Of a stretch of 64,000 nt of DNA, positions 8,971 through 17,263 are shown in pieces; the stretch's first letter is position 1, and each line of letters opens with the position of its first letter. This stretch comes from an uncultured Bacteroidales bacterium (GTDB lineage Bacteria; Bacteroidota; Bacteroidia; Bacteroidales; UBA7960). Both the position numbers and the translations under genes were made by a program. Below the pieces are notes generated by a model. That model was not told the origin of the DNA and did not search any database. It saw nothing but the letters and a program-made list of their open reading frames with translations. The DNA is taken from NCBI GenBank assembly GCA_964463915.1, contig CAYXEH010000006.1, positions 8,490 to 72,489 on the forward strand, in the 5' to 3' direction.

Positions 8971-10743
8971 ATGAAACAATTCTTCAAATTTATGTTCGCC
9001 TCCATGCTGGGGTTTTTTCTGACATTCGTGATTATCTTTTTTTTAATGATCGGAGTCATTGCTTCCATCGCCAGCTTTTCCTCCAAAGAGGACGCCCCGG
9101 TAAGCTCCGGCTCTGTATTACGCATGTCACTCAGCACGGAATTATCTGACCGGGAAGGCAATAATCCCTTTGAAGCCTTCGATTATATGTCCATGTCACT
9201 CAGGGAATCGATCGGGCTCAATGAGTTGCTCGACAACATTGAAAAAGCCAAAGAAGATGAGAATATAGAAGGGATCTTTCTGGACCTGACCATCGTGCCT
9301 TCGGGTTGGAGCAGTATTCTTGAAGTCAGGAATGCCCTGAAAGATTTCCGTGAATCAGGTAAATTCGTCATCAGCTACGGAGAAGCTTATATGCAATCTG
9401 CTTACTACCTCGGTTCTGTGGCAGATGAGATATACCTTCATCCAGAAGGAATCATTGATTTTAAAGGAATCAATTCCGAGCTGGTATTCCTGAAAAACAT
9501 GCTCGACAACCTGGGCATTGATCCGCAACTGATACGGCATGGCGAATACAAAAGTGCCGGAGAACCTTTATTCCGGGAAGACATGAGCACGGAAAACAGG
9601 GAGCAGGTCGAATCTTATGTAGGATCTATCTGGAATAATGTGACCGGAGACATTGCGGAATCACGGGGCCTTACCATTAACCATGTAAATGAAGTAGCCG
9701 ATGGTTTGCTTACAAGAAACGCCCGGACCGCCATGGAAAACGACATGATCGATGGAATTGCCTACAGGGATGAAATTCTTGAACTGTTGCGGGAAAAAAC
9801 GAACCTGGAAGAAGATGAGGATGTCAGGTTCGTCTCTCTGGAACGATACAAACGCGCTCCCAAGCCACGGCATATGATCACCCCGCGCAGCGGAAAACGC
9901 GTTGCAGTGGTTTATGCAAGTGGAGGAATCATTGACGGCAAGGGCGGAGAAAACAGTATCGGATCAATAGATATGTCTGCGGCCATCAGGGAAGCCCGAA
10001 GGGATGAATCGGTGAAAGCGATCGTGCTCCGTATCAACTCGCCGGGTGGAAGTGCCCTGGCCTCAGACGTTATACTAAGAGAGGTTAAACTCGCCGCAGA
10101 AGAAAAGCCGGTGATTGCCTCCATGGGAGATGTGGCCGCCTCAGGCGGATATTATATTGCCTGTGCAGCAAATGAGATCATGGCCCACCCCAATACCATT
10201 ACCGGTTCGATCGGAGTATTCGGCATGATTCCCAACATGCAGGAATTTTTCAATGAAAAAATCGGTCTCACATTTGACAATGTAAAGACCAATGAATATG
10301 CCGACCTGAGATCCCTCACAAGACCCATGCGGCCAGCAGAAAGACGGATAATACAGGAAATGATCGGCGACGTATACCAAACTTTCATCGGTCATGTGGC
10401 CGAAGGCCGGGGCATGCCCGAATCTGTTGTTGATGAACTGGGTCGCGGACGCGTCTGGAGTGGTGCAGAAGCCCGGCAAAACGGGCTGATCGATGAATTC
10501 GGCGGGTTGCACGATGCCATTGAACGGGCTGCTTCAATGGCTGAACTGGAAGATTACCACATTGTAGAGTATCCCAAACGCAAAGACTTCCTGACCCAAA
10601 TAATGGAGGATTTTGGCGGAATAGAAGAACGAATGATCCAACGCAGATTGGGCGATAACTATCGTTATTACAAACAGATCAATGATGCAAGCCAGATGTC
10701 CGGAATCCTCACAAGGATGCCTTATGACATCTACCTGGACTGA
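8971..10743 (+). CDS. sppA: signal peptide peptidase SppA, 67K type
   Basis: 590 aa with an N-terminal TM helix and duplicated S49 domains. The catalytic region reads GDVAASGGYYIACAANEIMAHPNTITGSIGVFG. Confidence 0.9.
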   Translation: MKQFFKFMFASMLGFFLTFVIIFFLMIGVIASIASFSSKEDAPVSSGSVLRMSLSTELSDREGNNPFEAFDYMSMSLRESIGLNELLDNIEKAKEDENIEGIFLDLTIVPSGWSSILEVRNALKDFRESGKFVISYGEAYMQSAYYLGSVADEIYLHPEGIIDFKGINSELVFLKNMLDNLGIDPQLIRHGEYKSAGEPLFREDMSTENREQVESYVGSIWNNVTGDIAESRGLTINHVNEVADGLLTRNARTAMENDMIDGIAYRDEILELLREKTNLEEDEDVRFVSLERYKRAPKPRHMITPRSGKRVAVVYASGGIIDGKGGENSIGSIDMSAAIREARRDESVKAIVLRINSPGGSALASDVILREVKLAAEEKPVIASMGDVAASGGYYIACAANEIMAHPNTITGSIGVFGMIPNMQEFFNEKIGLTFDNVKTNEYADLRSLTRPMRPAERRIIQEMIGDVYQTFIGHVAEGRGMPESVVDELGRGRVWSGAEARQNGLIDEFGGLHDAIERAASMAELEDYHIVEYPKRKDFLTQIMEDFGGIEERMIQRRLGDNYRYYKQINDASQMSGILTRMPYDIYLD

Positions 10744-10758
10744 ACCTAACGGCTGACC

Positions 10759-12204
10759 CTATTCATTGAGCCGGTGCAATTCTATATCCGGCCTTCCCCA
10801 CATAAGGAAAATTGCATTGGGTATATCGGTATTTTGCAGAAAAGGGCCCCTCACGGGGTCTTTTTCATCAGCAAAATAAGTAAACATTTCTGTTCCGGGG
10901 CCTTTGGCATAGAAAGGGACAAGCATATTGGTATGGCCTCCTGAGTTCCACTGAACTTCCGGCAAATTCCCCTGACCTCTGTTCACAACGGGATCATTTA
11001 CCGGCTCAGGGTGGTTCGGGCCGGTCAGGTAACCGGTTTCGTGGTCGCTGGTGACAATGATCAGGGTCTCTTCCCAGCTGCTGTTTTCCTCTACCCACTC
11101 TACGGCAGCTTCTATGGAATGATTGAAATCCGTCATTTCTTCAATCATGCGACCCAGATGATTATCGTGTCCGGCCCAGTCAATGGCTCCTCCCTCAACC
11201 ATCAGGAAAAAGCCCTCATCTTCCTGGCTTAATATGTTGATGGAAGCCCTGGTCATTTCCTCAAGGGTTGGCACATTTTCATTGAATGGCTGCGTAAATG
11301 GCATCTCTTTTTCTTCTTCCATTGAGCGGCCGTAATTCAGTGTAGAATATACCTGCGGAATGCCGATCACCCGTTTGGGTGCAGGCCCTGATGCCATATC
11401 GAGGAAATCTTCCCTGCTTTCAATTAAGGTCCATGGATCACGCTGGCCATCCCCGTCTACATCCTGCACATAGAGTTGCTGGTCATCGTTGGAAAAAGCA
11501 GTACGCCCTTCATTGGATGCCAATTGTTCCCAGATCTCATCACCGCCAGGATAGCGGGCTGAGATCTCTTCCGTTACACCATCATCGTTGTAACCGGGAT
11601 GCCCGGCTCCCATCAGCACATCCAGACGTGAATGGAAAAGCATATACCGCCCAATTTCTTCATAATTATGCCGGGCTTCGTTATGCGCTACAAAAGCCGC
11701 AGGAGTAGCATGACTCAGCGGCACACTGGTCACGATGCCTTTGGATTTTCCGGCGGCTTTGGCAGCCTGGCTGATATGTGTCAGGGTATCTCCGTACAGT
11801 CCGATACCGATGAATCCGCCAACTGTCTTATTACCGGTGGACAATGCGGTACCAGCTGCGCCACTGTCTGTGTATCCGGTTGCGAGGTAGTTTTCCTCCT
11901 CCCAGGCAGTGCGGGGTGCGTAGCCATTCATAAAAACTGTATCACCATCACGAATGTCTGCTGCCATATAAGTGGCTTGCGCCAGTTGAAGCCAGTCATT
12001 TTGCTCGTATACCTGGGAACCGGCTTCCCCGTGTTGGTAATAATTAGCGGCCAGCACATGGTTAAACCCCATTCCGTCACCCACAAAGAATATGATGTTT
12101 TTGGGGTTCGGGAGAGATTCTTCTTCCACATCCGCCCGGCATGACATCAAAAACCCGGAAGAGATCAGTAAAAGTATATAAAACAGTACTCTTGTTCTTC
12201 TCAT
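10759..12204 (-). CDS. alkaline phosphatase (PhoA family), lipoprotein
   Basis: Motifs FFVGDGMG, TDSGAAGTALSTG (active-site Ser region) and TSDHETG are present. The signal and lipobox read LMSCRA. The start is placed at Met11 (cat at 12202..12204). Confidence 0.85.
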   Translation of the reverse strand: MRRTRVLFYILLLISSGFLMSCRADVEEESLPNPKNIIFFVGDGMGFNHVLAANYYQHGEAGSQVYEQNDWLQLAQATYMAADIRDGDTVFMNGYAPRTAWEEENYLATGYTDSGAAGTALSTGNKTVGGFIGIGLYGDTLTHISQAAKAAGKSKGIVTSVPLSHATPAAFVAHNEARHNYEEIGRYMLFHSRLDVLMGAGHPGYNDDGVTEEISARYPGGDEIWEQLASNEGRTAFSNDDQQLYVQDVDGDGQRDPWTLIESREDFLDMASGPAPKRVIGIPQVYSTLNYGRSMEEEKEMPFTQPFNENVPTLEEMTRASINILSQEDEGFFLMVEGGAIDWAGHDNHLGRMIEEMTDFNHSIEAAVEWVEENSSWEETLIIVTSDHETGYLTGPNHPEPVNDPVVNRGQGNLPEVQWNSGGHTNMLVPFYAKGPGTEMFTYFADEKDPVRGPFLQNTDIPNAIFLMWGRPDIELHRLNE

Positions 12205-12439
12205 TTTAAAGCGATTTTTATTAAATAAACACAACGAATGGCAAAATTACCTATTAATACAACATTGCCTGAAACAAAAAGTTTACCCAAACCCGGCCAT
12301 GTTGGATACGTACCTGACCGGCAACAAATTTAGGTTATCCAGATGAAGGAATTACAACATTTCGATGATACTTCTGTTAACAGCGTTAACGTGGTGAAAA
12401 AAATCAACTCCAGGCAATAATATAAACTACTGCCCGGCA

Positions 12440-13498
12440 TTAAGCAATGAACCGTACAGCAGAAGCCTTAAAGGTGATCCAGACGGTTTTTCCGGGACTG
12501 AGCTCCATTTTTTCCACAGACTGCCTGCTCACCGATACAACAAACTCCGCCCCGGCTTCCACCACCACTTCCATTCCGGCCCCGCACAGATAAACTTCCC
12601 TGATAAGCCCCCGGTAACTATTCACAGCAGAGGTCTCCAGGGGTGATTCCGAAATGATGATGTCTTCCTGGGGTATCATCACATATCCCTCGTCTTTCCC
12701 GTTATCCGCCAAGAACCCGATGGAAAGCTTATCACCAACAATGGCATGATGCATCCCCGTCTGGCCGTTGCTTTGTTTAATCCGGCAACGGAATAAGTTT
12801 TTGATTCCACTGAACCTTGCCACGAATTCCGTTTTCGGGTGTCTGAAAACCTGGTCGGGCGTACCGGTCTGAATCAGTTTTCCCTGTTCGATCACAGCCA
12901 CCTTATTGGCCAGTGTCGCAGCCTCCATATAGTCGTGCGTTACATGGATCACTGTTTTCCCCTGCGCATGAATACGACGCAGAAGGGCACGCAGCCCGGT
13001 TTTTAATTTCACATCCAGGTTCGACAAAGGCTCGTCAAGCAACAGGATGTCAGGATCAGCAGCCAGGGTACGTGCAAGTGCCACCCGCTGTCCCTCCCCG
13101 CCTGAGAGTGTTCCCGGATAACGGTTCAGCAGATGTTCCACGCCTGTTTCCCGGGCCAGCTGTCTGACCTTTTCACGCAGTTTCTCTCTGGTATACTTTC
13201 TGTTGCGTAATGGGTAGGCAATGTTGGCAGCCACCCTGAGATGAGGAAAAAGTGACAGGTCCTGGTAGACCAACCCAATTCGCCTGTTCTGAATCCTTCT
13301 GGAGGTAATGTTCTCCCCGTTTAGAAGGATTTCCCCCCTGGCCGGTTTCAACAATCCTGCCAGTACTTCCAGCAGGACCGTTTTCCCGGCACCCGACACC
13401 CCCAGCAACGCGAGATAATCATTTTTCCCCAGCTCAAGGTTTACTCCTTCCAATACGAAGGAATCAAGACGTACACTTATGTTTTTTAATTCCAGCAT
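12440..13498 (-). CDS. ABC transporter ATP-binding protein with a C-terminal TOBE-like domain (molybdate/tungstate-type)
   Basis: Walker A GVSGAGKT, signature LSGGEGQRVALAR and Walker B ILLLDEP are present. A ~120-aa C-terminal beta-rich extension resembles ModC/WtpC. An alternative start lies at 13513. Confidence 0.7.
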   Translation of the reverse strand: MLELKNISVRLDSFVLEGVNLELGKNDYLALLGVSGAGKTVLLEVLAGLLKPARGEILLNGENITSRRIQNRRIGLVYQDLSLFPHLRVAANIAYPLRNRKYTREKLREKVRQLARETGVEHLLNRYPGTLSGGEGQRVALARTLAADPDILLLDEPLSNLDVKLKTGLRALLRRIHAQGKTVIHVTHDYMEAATLANKVAVIEQGKLIQTGTPDQVFRHPKTEFVARFSGIKNLFRCRIKQSNGQTGMHHAIVGDKLSIGFLADNGKDEGYVMIPQEDIIISESPLETSAVNSYRGLIREVYLCGAGMEVVVEAGAEFVVSVSRQSVEKMELSPGKTVWITFKASAVRFIA

Positions 13499-13534
13499 GG
13501 GCCGGTATCTCATTACGAATGTTTCCTCTCTGAC

Positions 13535-14329
13535 TTATCTTTGTTTCGCCCCATTTCGGGAGGCCCCTGCCAGCAAACGCATCCCAGTGAATATGATGAG
13601 ACATATTGCTACAAAAACTGCTGCCACCGGCCTGGCGTAGGCCAGCCCGAATGAAGCAAACCGCTCCCAGATCAAAACCGGGGTTACCATGGGATGATAG
13701 GCGATAATCACAACAGCACCGAATTCGCTCAGCCCCCTGGCCCACATCATGGTAAGCCCTGTAAGCACCTGGCGCCTGGCCAGTGGGAGCGAAATGGTAA
13801 AAAACACCCTCCATGGAGAAGCGCCCAGATTCAGGGCAGCTTTTTCCAGTTTCTCCGGAACAGCTTCAAAACCATCACGTGCGGCATTGATCAAAAAAGG
13901 GATGCTTACGAAAGCCATGGCCACAATTATGCCGGCTGCTCCACCCACGAATTGAATCCCGGCAGTCTCCCCGGCCTGCCCAATCAGGGTACCGCGACTG
14001 ACAATCCCCAAAATGGCAATTCCAGCAGCGGAATGAGGGATCACCACGGGAAGATCAATCAATCCGTTAACCAGGCCCTTACCAGGAAAGGATTTTCGTG
14101 CCAAAATATAAGCCAGGGGGATGGCGGCAATGCCAAATATAATTACCCCTGCCAGTGATGCCAGTAACGTCAGCCGGATGCTTTCCCTCACCTGGGAATC
14201 AGCCAGGGTTTCCAGGTACTGAGATCCGGAAGTCTGCAGGAACATCCCGGCCAGAGGGGCCACAATAAATAGAAGTATCAGGCCACTCAGGAATAAAAAG
14301 ACCAGGCCTGTTTTCCAGTTTTTCAGCAT
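13535..14329 (-). CDS. ABC transporter permease (CysTW/ModB-like)
   Basis: 264-aa polytopic membrane protein with an EAA-like loop (KLEKAALNLGASPWRVFFTISLPLA). Confidence 0.7.
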   Translation of the reverse strand: MLKNWKTGLVFLFLSGLILLFIVAPLAGMFLQTSGSQYLETLADSQVRESIRLTLLASLAGVIIFGIAAIPLAYILARKSFPGKGLVNGLIDLPVVIPHSAAGIAILGIVSRGTLIGQAGETAGIQFVGGAAGIIVAMAFVSIPFLINAARDGFEAVPEKLEKAALNLGASPWRVFFTISLPLARRQVLTGLTMMWARGLSEFGAVVIIAYHPMVTPVLIWERFASFGLAYARPVAAVFVAICLIIFTGMRLLAGASRNGAKQR

Positions 14330-14508
14330 AGTTACCGATATAAAATCTACAGCCTGCTGTATGCTTTAGCTCGCTCAGTACAAACTTACCGAATATTTTC
14401 AGATAAGTAAGCGGCAATCTGCCGCCCCGGAAGTGGCTGCATCTGCGGAACGCAAATTGTGTATGGGTTTTTTGTAACTTCGTATGTTCAAAATAAGAAG
14501 GCAAAAAT

Positions 14509-15201
14509 ATGACGAATTTGTCGGAACGCTATATCCGCAACGAAAAAATGCTCAGTGCAGAAGAGAACAAAAGGCTGAGGGGATTTAGTATCGCGGTGGT
14601 AGGTTGCGGAGGACTCGGCGGACATATCATTGAAATGCTTGCCCGGCTGGGGGTTGGCCGTTTAACGCTTATTGACGGGGATGTGTTCGAACCATCCAAC
14701 CTGAACCGTCAGTTACTCGCCACACCCGAAAACCTGGGGCAGTCCAAGGCAAAAGAGGCGGAGAAAAGGGTGTTGCTGATCAACCCGGAAGTGCAGGTTC
14801 TGTCAAGACAAACCAGGCTGGAAGCGCAGAATGCCGAGGAACTGCTTCAGGGACACGATCTGATTTGTGATGCCCTGGACAACATCCCTACCCGCCTCAT
14901 GATTGAGGACACTGCAGCAAAACTACAGATCCCGGTGGTATTCGGTGCCATTGCAGGCTGGTATGCCCAGATCGGGAGCATCATGCCGGGTGATCGCCTG
15001 TTGGAAAAACTTTACATGAAAAGTGAAGTTGAACAAGGGTTGGAAGTATACCTGGGTAATCCCTCATTCACCCCAGCCCTGGCCGCATCTTTGCAGGTAG
15101 CCGAGGCAGTTAAGATCCTGCTCGGGAAGGAAGGTGTCCTGAAGAACAAACTGTTGATAATTGACACCCTGAAACATGACTACCATATCATCGATATGTA
15201 A
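14509..15201 (+). CDS. ThiF/MoeB/HesA-family adenylyltransferase (E1-like)
   Basis: Rossmann motif VVGCGGLGGHIIEMLARLGVG, followed by DGDVFEPSNLNRQ. Confidence 0.75.
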   Translation: MTNLSERYIRNEKMLSAEENKRLRGFSIAVVGCGGLGGHIIEMLARLGVGRLTLIDGDVFEPSNLNRQLLATPENLGQSKAKEAEKRVLLINPEVQVLSRQTRLEAQNAEELLQGHDLICDALDNIPTRLMIEDTAAKLQIPVVFGAIAGWYAQIGSIMPGDRLLEKLYMKSEVEQGLEVYLGNPSFTPALAASLQVAEAVKILLGKEGVLKNKLLIIDTLKHDYHIIDM

Positions 15202-15230
15202 AATAGATTCACAATAAAGATAGCAACAAA

Positions 15231-16406
15231 ATGATCCCTTTTGAAGAGGCACTGGCCATTACCCTGGAAACACCCATCAGTAAAGGTACAGAACGAGTTG
15301 ATTTTAATGATGCCCTTTACAGGGTGCTGGCAGAAGATGTCTTTTCAGATGTGGACATGCCACCTTTTCACAAGGCTGCAATGGACGGTTATGCATGCAG
15401 AAAGGAAGACCTTGACCAGGAGCTGAAGGTGTTGGAAGTGCTTGCAGCGGGAGATGTTCCTTCCACATCCGTCGGCCCCGGACAATGCAGTAAGATCATG
15501 ACAGGAGCCATGGTTCCGGAGGGTGCTGATACAGTGATCATGGTAGAGCAAACAGCAGAGTATACCCCCGGACATATCCGTTTCACGGGCGAGAAAACCG
15601 CCCCAAATATTGCCCGTAAGGCCGAGGACATTAAGTCCGGTGACAAAGTGCTTGACCAGGGCACACTGATCCTTCCTCAGCATACACCCATCCTGGCATC
15701 GGTCGGATGCACCAGTCCGCTGGTTTCCAAGAAGGTGCGTGTCGGCATTCTCTCGACCGGCGATGAACTGGTTGAACCAAATGTGATACCCGGCCCGGGA
15801 GCAATAAGAAACAGCAACGGATTCCAGCTCATTGCCCAGGTAAGGGCATCACATTGTGAGCCCAATTATATGGGCATCATCCCCGACAATGAAGAAGACA
15901 CCAACCGGGCCATTGGTAAGGCAATTGCTCAGAACGATGTGGTGATTCTCACCGGAGGCGTGTCTGCCGGAGACTTTGATTTTGTTCCGAAGATCATGCG
16001 CAAAAACGGAGTGAATATCCGCTTTCAGAAAGTGGCCGTAAAACCAGGACGGCCGACCGTGTTTGGCACAACGGAAAACGCAGCGATTTTCGGCCTTCCC
16101 GGCAATCCGGTTTCATCATTTGTGAACTTTGAAGTATTCGTTAAACCCCTTTTGTTTAAAATGATGGGGCATCAGTACCAGCCACTGGTTCTGAAAATGC
16201 CGCTGGAGATACACTACAAAAGAAAAAAAGCCGACAGGGTGGAATTTATTCCGGTGCATATCAACCCGGCTGGCACAGTGGTTCCGGCACGTTATCACGG
16301 GTCTGCACACATTCACGCCATAAGCATGGCCAACGGTATCATGCGCATCCCAAAAGGCACACTTGAACTAAAAAAAGGAGATTCCACGGATGTTAGACCA
16401 ATATAA
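15231..16406 (+). CDS. moeA: molybdopterin molybdenumtransferase
   Basis: 391 aa with MoeA domain order. Characteristic stretches are GAIRNSNG, VILTGGVSAGDFDF, KPGRPTVFG and LPGNPVSS. Confidence 0.9.
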   Translation: MIPFEEALAITLETPISKGTERVDFNDALYRVLAEDVFSDVDMPPFHKAAMDGYACRKEDLDQELKVLEVLAAGDVPSTSVGPGQCSKIMTGAMVPEGADTVIMVEQTAEYTPGHIRFTGEKTAPNIARKAEDIKSGDKVLDQGTLILPQHTPILASVGCTSPLVSKKVRVGILSTGDELVEPNVIPGPGAIRNSNGFQLIAQVRASHCEPNYMGIIPDNEEDTNRAIGKAIAQNDVVILTGGVSAGDFDFVPKIMRKNGVNIRFQKVAVKPGRPTVFGTTENAAIFGLPGNPVSSFVNFEVFVKPLLFKMMGHQYQPLVLKMPLEIHYKRKKADRVEFIPVHINPAGTVVPARYHGSAHIHAISMANGIMRIPKGTLELKKGDSTDVRPI

Positions 16407-17190
16407 ACGACCCATCAATTACCTGCGTATTTCGGTGACAGACCGCTGTAACCTCCGATGCAGGTACTGCATGCCGGAAAACGATCCATGTCTGCTAAGC
16501 CACGAAGATATCCTCTCCTTTGAGGAGATCCGGGAGGTGGTAGCCGTGGGTGTTTCCATGGGCATTGACAAAGTAAGACTTACCGGGGGGGAGCCATTGG
16601 TGCGCAAGGATATTGTTGATCTTGTGGAGATGATCTCAGGGGTTCAGGGCGTCAGGGATCTGTCTATGACAACAAATGCCACTTTGCTTGCCCCCTTTGC
16701 AGCTCCGCTGGCCGAAGCAGGATTACAACGGGTAAATATCAGCCTTGATACACTGGACCCTGAAAAATTCAGGAGTTTAACCCGCGGCGGGGATATTCGC
16801 AAAGTATTTGCCGGAATTCAGGCGGCGAAAAAAGCCGGGCTCTCGCCCATCAAGGTCAACTGTGTGCTGGGCGAAAAAGACGACAGCCGGGATGCACAGG
16901 CTTTAAAAAATTACTGCCATGAAAACCAACTGCAGCTTAGGTTCATCAAACAAATGAATCTGCAAACCGGTCATTTCGACATCGTTGAAGGTGGCACCGG
17001 CGGCGACTGCAAAAACTGTAACCGCCTGAGACTGACCAGCGACGGAAAGATCAAGCCCTGCCTGTTCAGCGACATTGCGTATGATATTCGTGTGGCAGGA
17101 ATCCGGGAGGCACTGGAGATGGCACTGGAGAATAAACCGGAGAAAGGCACCGTTAGCTTCAGCAATTGTTTCCACAACATTGGCGGCTGA
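16390..17190 (+). CDS. moaA: GTP 3',8-cyclase (radical SAM), compact form
   Basis: The N-terminal cluster motif is CNLRCRYC. The second cluster is CKNC-x13-C. The protein ends in GG. It overlaps the moeA end by 17 nt. Confidence 0.85.
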   Translation: MLDQYKRPINYLRISVTDRCNLRCRYCMPENDPCLLSHEDILSFEEIREVVAVGVSMGIDKVRLTGGEPLVRKDIVDLVEMISGVQGVRDLSMTTNATLLAPFAAPLAEAGLQRVNISLDTLDPEKFRSLTRGGDIRKVFAGIQAAKKAGLSPIKVNCVLGEKDDSRDAQALKNYCHENQLQLRFIKQMNLQTGHFDIVEGGTGGDCKNCNRLRLTSDGKIKPCLFSDIAYDIRVAGIREALEMALENKPEKGTVSFSNCFHNIGG

Positions 17191-17263
17191 CAGTAGCCGG
17201 GAATTAAACCAGGCAGGGATTTGTTCAATTGATTGCGGGAAAAAGCCATAGCTGAAATAACAG

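Noticed and set aside
16390-17190. MoaA being a truncated pseudogene (266 aa against ~330 aa in E. coli)
   Set aside because: Both Fe-S cluster motifs (CxxxCxxC and CxxCx13C) and the C-terminal GG are intact. The reading frame is continuous. This is consistent with a naturally compact MoaA.
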